Assembly: GCA_040220235.1 (NCBI GenBank)
Contig: JAVJTO010000023.1
DNA length: 47,592 nucleotides
Reading direction: 5' to 3' (one strand)
Source of the DNA: Coleofasciculus sp. B1-GNL1-01
GTDB taxonomy: Bacteria; Cyanobacteriota; Cyanobacteriia; Cyanobacteriales; Coleofasciculaceae
Positions 19,409-30,100 of the stretch are shown one piece after another. A program made the position numbers and the translations under genes. The notes below the pieces were generated by a model. The model was not told where the DNA came from. It worked only from the letters and a program-made list of their open reading frames with translations, and made no database searches. Within the stretch, counting starts at the first letter, position 1. Each line of letters begins with the position of its first letter.

Positions 19409-20782
19409 ATGCTTACCCAAGTACCAGTTACTGATATTATTCGCAAACAACGGGATTTTTTCGCCACAGGCAAAACTAAAGATGTCAAGTGGCGCATGGA
19501 ACAGCTAAAACGCCTCAAACAAGCTGTTGTTGATGATCAAGAGGCGATTATCAAGGCGGTTCAAGCTGATTTAGGGCGCCCGGAGTTTGAAGCCTATTTT
19601 GAAATCGCGGCGATTGGGGAAATTAATTACGCTATCAAGCACCTCAAATCCTGGGTTAAACCGAAAAAGGTGGCGGTTGGATTAGAACAATTCCCCGCAT
19701 CGGGGAAGATTTACCCTGAACCCTTGGGTGTGGTGCTGATTATCTCCCCTTGGAATTATCCCTTCCAGCTATTGATTTCTCCCTTAGTTGGCGCGATCGC
19801 GGCGGGAAACTGTGCGGTTCTCAAACCCTCAGAAATTTCCCCCCATACCTCAACCGCGATCGCAAACCTAATCCAGAAAACCTTTGACCCGGCTTATATC
19901 GCAGTAGTTGAAGGAGATGCTGATACCAGTAAAGCACTTCTAGCCGAAAAATTCGACCACATCTTTTTTACCGGGGGTACTGCGATCGGCAAAATCGTCA
20001 TGGAAGCCGCCGCGAAACATCTGACACCTGTGACGTTAGAGTTGGGCGGTAAAAGTCCCTGTATTGTCGATGCAGATACGGATCTCAAAGACACGGCGAA
20101 ACGGATTACTTGGGGTAAATACCTGAATGCGGGACAAACCTGTATCGCCCCAGATTATCTGTTAGTTGATCGGCGAATTAAGTCCGAGCTATTGACAGAA
20201 GTGCAAAAATGTGTTCAAGACTTTTATGGTCAGGAGCCGGAGAAAAGTCCGGACTATGCCCGAATTATAAGTCATCGACATTTTGAGCGGCTGGTTCCTC
20301 TGTTGAAGGACGGGGAGATTGTTATTGGCGGACAAACTCGACCAGAAGATAAGTATATCGCACCAACGGTGATTGATGGGGTTTCCTGGGATTCACTGAT
20401 CATGGAAGAAGAAATTTTTGGTCCGATTCTGCCTGTGCTAGAGTATAGCGACTTGAATGATGCGATCGCGCAGATTAATGCTCGACCTAAACCCTTAGCC
20501 CTCTACCTATTTTCCAAAGATAAACAGAAACAGCAACAAGTTTTGCAGCAAACCTCATCCGGTGGTGTCTGTATCAATGACACGGTAATGCAAGTTGGAG
20601 TGACAACTTTACCCTTTGGTGGTGTTGGGGATAGTGGAATGGGCAACTATCACGGTAAAGCTAGTTTTGATACCTTTTCTCACTTTAAGAGTGTATTGAA
20701 AAAAGGATTTTGGTTCGATTTAAATTGGCGGTATCCACCTTATGACGGCAAATTGTCATTGTTTAAGCGAATTATTAGTTAG
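19409..20782 (+). CDS. Aldehyde dehydrogenase (ALDH3/fatty aldehyde type)
   Basis: PWNYP, FTGG, LELGGKSP, GQTCIAPDY, EEIFGP. Confidence 0.95.
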   Translation: MLTQVPVTDIIRKQRDFFATGKTKDVKWRMEQLKRLKQAVVDDQEAIIKAVQADLGRPEFEAYFEIAAIGEINYAIKHLKSWVKPKKVAVGLEQFPASGKIYPEPLGVVLIISPWNYPFQLLISPLVGAIAAGNCAVLKPSEISPHTSTAIANLIQKTFDPAYIAVVEGDADTSKALLAEKFDHIFFTGGTAIGKIVMEAAAKHLTPVTLELGGKSPCIVDADTDLKDTAKRITWGKYLNAGQTCIAPDYLLVDRRIKSELLTEVQKCVQDFYGQEPEKSPDYARIISHRHFERLVPLLKDGEIVIGGQTRPEDKYIAPTVIDGVSWDSLIMEEEIFGPILPVLEYSDLNDAIAQINARPKPLALYLFSKDKQKQQQVLQQTSSGGVCINDTVMQVGVTTLPFGGVGDSGMGNYHGKASFDTFSHFKSVLKKGFWFDLNWRYPPYDGKLSLFKRIIS

Positions 20783-21010
20783 GTGGAACAGGTGTGACAA
20801 ACCCCTTTCCGTATCAACGTAAGCTGAAAAATCCCCAATACCTTGAGAAAAACCCCTCCCTAACCCCCCCGCTTGGTAAGGGGAGGGAATAAGGGAGCAG
20901 AGAACAGTAAAAAATGTATTAAATTGGCGTAAGTTCGTATTATAATTGACGAACCGTATCAACGGCATGAATAATCATTTTTGGGGTAGCGCTACGCTGA
21001 AAAAGTTATT

Positions 21011-23191
21011 ATGTTCACGCAAACAAAAGCTATAGCATCTATCGGTTTATGGGCTAGCGGGTTCTCGCTAATCATGGGTAGTGCTTCGGCACAAACTGCG
21101 GCTATTGTGGTTAATACCAACGCCGATGATATCAATGCTGGCGATAGCAATTGTACGCTGCGCGAAGCGATTAATAATGCCAATACGAATAGGGATACCA
21201 CAAATGGCGATTGTCGGACAGGTTCTCCCTATCCTATTATTGATGCGATCGCGTTTAATATTCAATCGACTCAACCCAGCATTATTCCTAATTCGCCATT
21301 ACCAACTATAACGGAAGCGGTGGTTATTGATGGCACATCCCAACCCGGTTTCCAAACTACCGCAACCCATTCCTTAATCTGTCCTAATCCAATAGGCGTT
21401 CCGCTTCCAGCCCAAACTATAACAATTAGTCGTCCTGTGATTGAGTTAAATGGTGCGGCGGCGGGTAAAGTCAGTGGTATTACGATTGATGCGGATCAGG
21501 TTGTGATCCGAGGACTGGTTATTAATCAGTTTCAACGCGCTGGTATCGAAATCTTAAATAACTCTAGCCAAATTATTATTAATAGCAATTATATTGGTAC
21601 AGATATCACTGGTACAGTCGCCCTGGGTAATAACCGAGGTGTTGTGATTAAAGCTGGGAACACGACAAATCCTAATAATACTATCATTAAAAACAATGTC
21701 ATTTCCGGGAATACATTCTTAGGCGTTCTCGTCAACGGCGATGCCAATGCCGATCAGCAAGGCAATACTATTGTTAATAATTTTATTGGCACAGATTACA
21801 CAGGTAAAAATGTATTAGGGAATACCACGGAAAAACGCGGTCATGGTGTAGTGATTGGGCATGGCAATTTTGCCGCTTTAGATTCCCGCTATCCTGCCCA
21901 AAATCATACCATTAGAGGCAACGTCATTGCTGGAAGCTATACGACAAATCTCTGGGTTTCTAATTATGCCAGCAATAATTTAATTGAATGTAATTATATT
22001 GGTACGGATTTTACCGGAACCGTCGCTTTAGGCAATTGTATTGATGGTTTGCTGATTGGTGGAACACGATCTGATGCACCGTCACGCCTGAACAAAATAC
22101 GCCATAATTTAATTTCCGGAAATGCTCGCTGCCAAGGAAATTCAGAAGCTAATCTAACCCTGCAATGGGGAGCAATTGAAAATACCATTGAAAATAATTT
22201 AATTGGCACAGATATTACAGGAACAATGGCATTAAGTCCCATCTTAAGTACGGATGGTATTGGCATCAAAAAGCCCGCCAACCAAATTCGCAATAATGTT
22301 ATCGGTGGGCATCGTCGCCACGGAATTCATATCTACCGAGGATTTGGTACACAACCCTGGGATAACCGGATTGAAAACAATTATATTGGGATCAATCCCA
22401 GTGGCATCACTATCGCCAATGGCGGTGATGGAATTGCCATATTTTCTAATATTTATACTCCTGATACTGTGTTACCGCTGATGAATGTTTTAATTCGGGG
22501 AACGCGGATCACGGGGAATGCGATCGCGAATAATGGTCATAATGGAATTCGGTTAGAAGCCAGGGGTGATGAAGCAGGGTTTAATGCCTCTATTACTAAC
22601 ACCCAAATTTTAAATAACACCATTCACGATAACGGAGCCAATGGTATTCAAATTACGACTATGGAAACCGTTCCTGGGGGAATAGCGGAGACAATTAATA
22701 ATTTAATTCAGACAAATCGTCTGTTTAATAATCAAGGTTTGGGCATTAGTTTAAGTCCAAGTCGCTCAACATCCCATGATGCCTTTTTGAATGGTGAGAT
22801 AGGGCATCGTTTATCCGCTTCTGTCCCCATTGAGAACGATGCATTAGATTTAGACTCTGGCTCAAATAAGTTGCAAAATTATCCCACTCTTTTAAGCGCA
22901 GAGGTAAAAAACAATAACATTGAAATTCAAGGAATACTGGTTAGCACTCCTCATACCCAATTCACGTTGGAATTTTTCGTCAATAGAAGTGCTGATCCAT
23001 CCGACTATGGTGAAGGCGAAGTTCCTTTAGGTTCAGTATCTGTAACGACAGATAACCGTGGAGAAGCTGGATTCACTGCCGTTTTACCTGCTACTGTTTT
23101 GGGACAATCGATAACCGCAACGGCGACTGACTCCAGCGGTAACACATCCGAATTTTCTCGCCATATTCAACTAAAGTTTTCTATTGAATAG
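21011..23191 (+). CDS. Secreted CSLREA-domain, parallel beta-helix surface protein
   Basis: Signal peptide, CTLREAI motif, repeated NYIGTD.TG units, C-terminal ATATDSSGNTSEFS. Confidence 0.88.
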   Translation: MFTQTKAIASIGLWASGFSLIMGSASAQTAAIVVNTNADDINAGDSNCTLREAINNANTNRDTTNGDCRTGSPYPIIDAIAFNIQSTQPSIIPNSPLPTITEAVVIDGTSQPGFQTTATHSLICPNPIGVPLPAQTITISRPVIELNGAAAGKVSGITIDADQVVIRGLVINQFQRAGIEILNNSSQIIINSNYIGTDITGTVALGNNRGVVIKAGNTTNPNNTIIKNNVISGNTFLGVLVNGDANADQQGNTIVNNFIGTDYTGKNVLGNTTEKRGHGVVIGHGNFAALDSRYPAQNHTIRGNVIAGSYTTNLWVSNYASNNLIECNYIGTDFTGTVALGNCIDGLLIGGTRSDAPSRLNKIRHNLISGNARCQGNSEANLTLQWGAIENTIENNLIGTDITGTMALSPILSTDGIGIKKPANQIRNNVIGGHRRHGIHIYRGFGTQPWDNRIENNYIGINPSGITIANGGDGIAIFSNIYTPDTVLPLMNVLIRGTRITGNAIANNGHNGIRLEARGDEAGFNASITNTQILNNTIHDNGANGIQITTMETVPGGIAETINNLIQTNRLFNNQGLGISLSPSRSTSHDAFLNGEIGHRLSASVPIENDALDLDSGSNKLQNYPTLLSAEVKNNNIEIQGILVSTPHTQFTLEFFVNRSADPSDYGEGEVPLGSVSVTTDNRGEAGFTAVLPATVLGQSITATATDSSGNTSEFSRHIQLKFSIE

Positions 23192-23349
23192 AAATAAGAG
23201 GACTGCAAGCCGTGGAACACACACCATCTCAGCTTTCTGAGGGTAAAGGTTCCGTCTTGGAAGACGTTAAACCATGCCCTCGAACGAAGTGAAGGGTCTG
23301 CCTCCCTGTGACGGAAGAATCTCCCGCCTTTTAACCGGGAGAGTATCAA
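23188..23349 (+). mobile_element. IS605-family tnpB 3' remnant with right end (omegaRNA-scaffold region)
   Basis: Frame reads IEIRGLQAVEHT, similar to TnpB C-termini; subterminal hairpin TCTCCCG..CGGGAGA then terminal TCAA. Confidence 0.72.
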
Positions 23350-23567
23350 TATCCTAGTGCAGAAATCTCATCGACCACCTTCATCCGCCCTCGGCGAAAT
23401 GCGCGGAGTAATCGTTCTAGGGAGTCTCTCTCTTCATCAGTTAATGATTCTTCTAGCAATGCTGCCATTAATCCGTATCGGTCAGCGAGCGTAATTTTAC
23501 CAGAACTGCTAGCTTGAGCGAATAAATCAGATAGCGCACCAGGTATAAGTCTCACTGAAATTTTCAT
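23346..23567 (-). CDS. Small conserved-looking cyanobacterial hypothetical protein
   Basis: GKITLADRYGLMAALL..LTDEER pattern. Confidence 0.8.
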   Translation of the reverse strand: MKISVRLIPGALSDLFAQASSSGKITLADRYGLMAALLEESLTDEERDSLERLLRAFRRGRMKVVDEISALGY

Positions 23568-23891
23568 CGTTGCATTGAATCAACACTTTTATCCAATATG
23601 AACCATCCTAACCATTTGAGGGATATGGGTCAGACCCCACACCCCAGCGGAGGGGTGGGAGCTGGGGGAGCTGGGGAAGATGAAGACACTCATGTAGAAA
23701 CTTACCCTGGTATATCTGTGTGTAGGGGCGGGTTTAGGGACTAATATTGATGGTTTTCCTTAGCTTGGCTGTAAAACCCGCCCTGACCAAATGACGTAGC
23801 TTGCTTCTCAAGGATAGCGAGTATGACATAAGACAAATGACAACAATGATTGCGATACCATCCAAGTGTAGTCATCATCACACTTATCACT

Positions 23892-24296
23892 ATGGAGCCA
23901 GAGTCTCTTCCGGCAGAGCTAATCCTGACGCAATCGCGTCAGAGTCTGGGTAATATCCGATTAGATTGGACTCCCCAACCGGGTAATTATCTTGACTATA
24001 ACGGTCAAACCTACGCTGTTTTAGAGCGTCGCCATCGCTATCTTCTAAAATCTGGGCGTTACCGCTTGCACAAAATTGCCTTGTATGTCCAATCGGCTCC
24101 GCGCCCAACGGAGAAAAGTTTGGTTGATGGGCGCTGGGTGCTGGGCGATGCGAGTTGTGAATATAATGCAAATTCTGAACTTGTGCGTTGTGCGGTTAAT
24201 CCAGAGGGTCCTTGTCAGTCTTGCCGTTACTACGAACCTATCCAATCCAACCTGACTGACTCTGAAATTCCCTATCGAAAAAGTCGCCAAAGCTAG
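23892..24296 (+). CDS. DUF6464-like protein with C-terminal Cys cluster
   Basis: YAVLERRHRY; GDASC.YNA.SELVRCAVNP.GPC..C; ATG at 23892. Confidence 0.8.
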   Translation: MEPESLPAELILTQSRQSLGNIRLDWTPQPGNYLDYNGQTYAVLERRHRYLLKSGRYRLHKIALYVQSAPRPTEKSLVDGRWVLGDASCEYNANSELVRCAVNPEGPCQSCRYYEPIQSNLTDSEIPYRKSRQS

Positions 24297-24403
24297 ATTG
24301 TACAACTCCCGCCGCGATCTTCACGTCCGCGAAGTGTGGCGGGAGAAGGTAGAGACGTTCCGCCGAAACGTCTTTGATTGTAGGAACTGATTTTCCGGCT
24401 ATT

Positions 24404-24613
24404 TTAAGCTTGATTGCTCGAATCGATAAAAAATGGGGGAGTGGGTAGATCATTGGCGATCGCCAATACCTGAAGCGCAACTTTAACTTTGACCATATTA
24501 GCGTCGTTTTCAGCGCCTCCTTCTGGTGGATTCTTCAGAAACTCTTTGAGTACATTAGCCGCCTCTACGCCAGCTTCATGTAGAGCATCATCAAATTCTC
24601 GCTCTGCTGCCAT
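24404..24613 (-). CDS. Hypothetical acidic 69-aa protein
   Basis: GAGGAG RBS upstream of ATG; no recognised family. Confidence 0.6.
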   Translation of the reverse strand: MAAEREFDDALHEAGVEAANVLKEFLKNPPEGGAENDANMVKVKVALQVLAIANDLPTPPFFIDSSNQA

Positions 24614-24790
24614 GACGTTCTCCTCGAATTTGGTCTGATGCTTTCATTGTAGAAGGCGATCGCTTGAGCGAATAGGTTTCATGCGTCAACTGGGTAAGGG
24701 CGCAAGCCTTGCGCCCCTACCTACATTGATCAGCTACAATCTCACCTGCTCCCAGACGTGCTATGGCACATCTCTACAAGCACCTTCCCA

Positions 24791-26761
24791 TTAAACGCCA
24801 CCCCGTAATCTGTCGAGGACGCTCCGATCTTCTAAGGTTGAAGTATCGCCTGTTACCTCTTGACCCGCCGCGAGCGATCGCAACAACCGCCGCATAATTT
24901 TACCCGATCGCGTTTTGGGTAATCCTTCGGTGAATTTGATTTCACCAGGACGCGCCAAGGCGCCAATTTCTTGGGCAACGTGCTGTTTTAATTCCTTGGC
25001 TAAGGTATCACTGGCGGTGTAATTTTCCTCTAAGGTGATAAAGGCGACGATTTCTTCCCCTTTCACCTCACTGGGTTTCCCGACTACAGCAGCCTCAGCG
25101 ACGGCGGGATGAGCCACCAGAGACGATTCGACTTCCATCGTTCCCAAGCGATGTCCGGCGACGTTAATCACGTCATCCACTCGACCCATAACCCAGAAGT
25201 AACCGTCTGGATCTCGACGAGCGCCATCACCACTAAAGTAGAGATAGTCTCCATCTTTGGGCGGGATATGTTCCCAATAGGTGCGACGGAATCGGTTCGG
25301 GTTGCCGTGAACCATACGAATCATACTGGGCCACGGCTGTTTAATCACTAAGTAGCCCCCTTGGTTATCTTCTACGGGATTGCCGTCTAAATCCACCACA
25401 TCAGCGACAATTCCGGGGAAGGGATAAGTGGCAGAACCCGGTTTCGTGGGTGTGGCACCGGGTAGAGGTGTGAGCATGATTCCTCCCGTTTCAGTTTGCC
25501 ACCAAGTATCCACAATCGGACAGCGTTCGCCGCCAATGACACGGTGATACCACATCCAAGCGGCTGGGTTAATTGGTTCACCGACGCTTCCCAGTAATCG
25601 CAGCGAGGATAAGTCTCGCGCTTTGGGTAAATGTTCGCCCATCTTCATGAATAGCCGAATCGCGGTGGGGGCGGTATAGAAAATGGTGACTCGGTATTTT
25701 TGGACGACATCCCACATACAACCGGGATTTGAGGAACGGGGCGCCCCTTCATACATAACTGTGGTGGCACCGTTGGATAAGGGTCCGTACACAATGTAAC
25801 TGTGACCCGTAATCCAACCGATATCAGCAGTACACCAGAAGATATCTGAGGGGTGTAAATCAAAGACCCATCTTGTCGTTATATGCGTATAAAGGTTATA
25901 CCCACCTGTGGCATGAACCACACCTTTGGGTTTACCCGTGGTGCCGGAGGTATAGAGAATGAAGGCGGGGTCTTCACTGTCCATGGGTTCGGCTGGACAA
26001 TCCCCAGAAACACCCGATCGCAGATCGTGCCACCAGTGATCGCGTCCCGATGCCATATTGATTGGTTGACCTGTGCGTTGCACCACTAGAACGCTGTGAA
26101 CGCTGGGAACGCTATTCCCGGTTAAGGCTTTGTCTACTTGTTCTTTCAACGGGACGATCGCATCCTTGCGCCAACCGCCATCCGCTGTAATCACGACTTT
26201 GGCTTCGGCGTCTAAGAGTCGGTCTTTGAGCGCTTCAGAACTAAACCCCCCAAACACTACCGTATGGGGTGTGCCAATTCGCAAACAAGCCAGCATTGCG
26301 ATCGCCGCTTCGGGAATCATCGGCATATAAATCCCCACGCGATCGCCTTTTTTCAAGCCCAGTTGTTTAAGCACATTTGCCATTTGACAGACGTCCCGAT
26401 GCAACTGAGCATAAGTGAAGCTCCGGGAGTCTCCGGGTTCGCCTTCCCAAATCAAGGCTAATTTGTCCTGTCGTTCAGGGGTCAGGTGGCGATCGAGGCA
26501 GTTATACGAAATATTAAGTTTACCGCCGACAAACCACTGAGCAAACGGGGGTTGCCAATCCAGCACCTTATCCCATTTCTGGAACCAGTGCAGTTCTTGT
26601 TCTGCCAGTTGACCCCAAAATGCCTCTGGATCAGCTTTGGCTTGGTCATAGAGGCGCTGATACTCCTCCATGCTCTTAATATGGGATTCTTGGCTAAACT
26701 GACTCGGTGGATTAAACAGACGTTTTTCTTGAAGAACGGATTCTATGGTCGCTCGTGACAT
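24791..26761 (-). CDS. acs: Acetyl-CoA synthetase
   Basis: [38 protein letters not shown]. Confidence 0.97.
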   Translation of the reverse strand: MSRATIESVLQEKRLFNPPSQFSQESHIKSMEEYQRLYDQAKADPEAFWGQLAEQELHWFQKWDKVLDWQPPFAQWFVGGKLNISYNCLDRHLTPERQDKLALIWEGEPGDSRSFTYAQLHRDVCQMANVLKQLGLKKGDRVGIYMPMIPEAAIAMLACLRIGTPHTVVFGGFSSEALKDRLLDAEAKVVITADGGWRKDAIVPLKEQVDKALTGNSVPSVHSVLVVQRTGQPINMASGRDHWWHDLRSGVSGDCPAEPMDSEDPAFILYTSGTTGKPKGVVHATGGYNLYTHITTRWVFDLHPSDIFWCTADIGWITGHSYIVYGPLSNGATTVMYEGAPRSSNPGCMWDVVQKYRVTIFYTAPTAIRLFMKMGEHLPKARDLSSLRLLGSVGEPINPAAWMWYHRVIGGERCPIVDTWWQTETGGIMLTPLPGATPTKPGSATYPFPGIVADVVDLDGNPVEDNQGGYLVIKQPWPSMIRMVHGNPNRFRRTYWEHIPPKDGDYLYFSGDGARRDPDGYFWVMGRVDDVINVAGHRLGTMEVESSLVAHPAVAEAAVVGKPSEVKGEEIVAFITLEENYTASDTLAKELKQHVAQEIGALARPGEIKFTEGLPKTRSGKIMRRLLRSLAAGQEVTGDTSTLEDRSVLDRLRGGV

Positions 26762-26944
26762 CGTTTCTCTCCTTAAACGAGACGATCATCGTAGCGGTTA
26801 ATTAAAAAACTGATTATTTTATCATACGCAAAAGCATACACTTTGATTCATCTGCTACATCTGCTGTAACAATTGAAGCGGCGGTGCAGAGGGGTGGAGG
26901 AGAGATAGTTTAGCCCACTAAGTCCGGAATACCCGAAATTGTTC

Positions 26945-27135
26945 GTTGTTCGTAGTAAAGGCTTTAGCCTTATATTCAGTTGGATACTCAGAATTTCGTG
27001 ACAGATAAACTCAATAGATTCTACCTACTTTTAACTAACGCTAAAACAGGGCGACCCGATTCAATTGAGTGGAAGAGAGTTGTTCATTAATGCAAGCGGG
27101 TCGCCCCTACACCAAACTGACAACTGATAACTGTT
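26945..27135. repeat. Long dispersed repeat, copy 1 (REP-derived, GGGCGACCCG...CGGGTCGCCCCTAC)
   Basis: Aligns along its length with 31068-31262. Confidence 0.85.
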
Positions 27136-27144
27136 ATTCCCCAA

Positions 27145-30100
27145 TCAATCATCGCACAAGTGACGATCGCGCTCTTCAACGTCCGGACTGGTCTTGATAT
27201 AATCTCGTATCCAGTCACAGCCCTGTTGGAGAACCTTGTTCACATCCACCACCTGATCCAATTTCCAGAGAATCACCGTATGGTCTAAACTGGCAGATGC
27301 AAGAGTCTGACCATCAGGACTAAAGGCAACATCAAAGACACGATCGCGATGACCCGGTAATGTAGTGATTAAAGTCCCATCACTGCGCCACAGTTTAACT
27401 CTGTGATCCCAACTGGCTGAAGCGAGAAATTGACCATCAGGGCTATAGGCAACACTTTGGACGCGATCGCGATGTCCGGTTAAGGTTTTAATTAACTGCC
27501 CGTCTCTTGTCCATAGCTTAATTGTGCGATCTGCACTGGCTGAGGCAAACTGCTGACCATCGGGACGGAAGGCGATATCCCAAACTTGATCATCATGCCC
27601 CGTTAAGGTTTGTATCGGTTGAGAAGCAAATCCTCCAGAACTATCTCGTTGCCAAAGTTTAAGGGTTGTATCAGAACTACCAGAGACGAGGAGTTGACCA
27701 TCCGGACTGAAAGCCACCGTGTTCACCTCATGCTCATGTCCCAGTAACGTGGTTAATAATGTGCCATCAATCCGCCAGACTTTAATCGACTTGTCCCAAC
27801 TGGCTGAAGCAATCCACTCACCATCCGGGCTGAACGTCACCTCAAACACGGTATCTTGATGTCCCTTCAGAGTTCTCAGAAGTGAACCCTCTGCCCCCCA
27901 CAGTCTAACCGTTGTATCCTCACCGCCTGAGGCAATCAAGCGACCATCCGGACTGACATCAACTCCCCACAGTTGATTGAGATGTCCCTCCAGAGTTTTG
28001 ATCAGCGTACCATCGGGTTGCCAAAGCTTGAGCGTCGCATCGATGCTAGCTGACACTAATTTCTGACTGTCGGGGAAGAAATCAATTCCCCACACTGAAC
28101 TGGAATGACCTCTAAGTCGGGTTAAACTAGGTGGGTTGAACCGCCACAGGCGCATTGTCCCATTAACACCCGATGACATCACGGTTTGACCGTCTGGGCT
28201 AAAGGTGATCTGCCAAATCCCCTCTTGATTTGCCTGAATGGTTTGCAGCAGAGTACCCTCGACTGACCAGAGTTTGATGGTGTCATCCCAACTGGCGGAG
28301 GCAAGAGTTTGCCCATCGGGACTAAAGGCTAAATCGATAACGGTACTTTCATGCCCTTTGAGCGTTTGTATCAAGGTTCCGTCACGCTGCCAAATCTGAA
28401 TCGTGTTATACCAGGTTCCGGCTGCTAACCGTTGACCATCAGGACTGAAAACAAGACTGACAATGCGATCAAATTCCGAAGATTGATCTCCCTGATGAAC
28501 CCCTTTAATGGTTTTGAGTCGGGTGCCGTCCAAACTCCACAGCTTGATTGTATTATCGAAACCGCTAGACGCCAGCATCTGCCCATCGGGGCTAAACGTC
28601 ACAGACCACACCGCCCCCTCATGTCCGATGAAGGTGTTGAGCAGTGTACCATCTAACCGCCACAGCTTCACGGTGCCATCTTCACTCCCTGAGGCAAGGT
28701 GTTCACCATTTGGACTCATGGCAATCGACCGGACTAAATCCTGATGTCCCTGGAATGTCTGTAACACTGTACCATCTAGCTGCCACAGCTTAATCGTCTG
28801 ATCCCAACTGGCAGAAACGAGTCGTTGACCGTCAGGAGTAAATTCAACATCCATGACGATATCCTCATGTCCCCTCCAACTTGCCAGAAGCTTGCCATCT
28901 CGACGCCAGAGTTTAATCATTTTATCTTGACCCCCAGTGGCAATGAGTTGACCATCAGGACTAATGGCAACAGTTTGGGCGGCATTTTTATTGGCTAACA
29001 ATTGATTGGATTGGTCGGCTTGAAAGACACTGCGGCGCAGGATTTGCTCGGTTTTAGCCTGTAAAGAAGGAGTGACAACTGCTAGATTTTGCAATCGCCG
29101 CCATGCTTTAATGGCTGTAAATAATGCCCCCAAGTGATTATCTGAGGCAAACAAGGCTTCGGCAGAAATTGTCAGCGCTTGCACCTCCCTCACGGCGAGT
29201 TGACGCTTCTGAAACCGGGTAAATAATCCTAACCCACTGGCTACCACAAACGCCACAGTCACCGTAGCTAATAAACCCCGTTGCAGTTGGGTGATTTTAT
29301 GTTCTTGCAGCAAGCGTTTGTGTTCCTCAACCAGTCGCGCTTCTACTTCTTTGAGTCGCTTTGCCTCTTCAATGCGCTTAATTTCATCTAAGTCAGTACT
29401 GGTGCCAAACCATTTTACAAGTTTTCCATCGGGACTCCGCAGCGGAGTTGCTCGTTGCAAAAACCAACGGTAGTTCCCTTGACTATCTCTGAGGCGAATT
29501 TCCACCTGATAGGGGTCTCCGGTTTGGAAACAATGTTGCCAAGCAGCTTGCGATCGCGCTTGATCCTCTGGATGGCAAAATACAAATCGTCCCCAGTCTT
29601 TTACCTGTTCCAAGGTACAGTCTAAATAATCCAATCCGCGCTGATTAATATAGGATAATTTCCCATCCGCTTCAATAATCCATACGATTTGCGGTACAGC
29701 ATCGGCAATCGTGCGAAAATATTGTTCCCGTTCTTTTTGTACCTGTAAGACTCCTTCAATCTCTTGGCGTTCTGCATCTTGACTCGCTGCCAAAAATTGA
29801 TAATCTACATCACTTAAACGCTTTCCCTGAGACCACAGTAGCGCATCTTGTAGGGCTTGTCCCCGTAACAGTCGGGAAGTATCCTGTTGATGGCTGCTTA
29901 TCCACGCCTCAATTGCTTGAGAGTAGGGACGCAATTGACTCAATTGTGCTTGTACCCAGTTGAGATTAAAGACAGCTTGATAAATAGCATTATTAATCCG
30001 CAAATAGCCTTGTTGCTTAACGACTAACCCCGAAAGCAACAATTCAATCTGTTCTCGACTGTCATCACTGGGAATAGAAATACCTTGAAGTAATTGCTGA

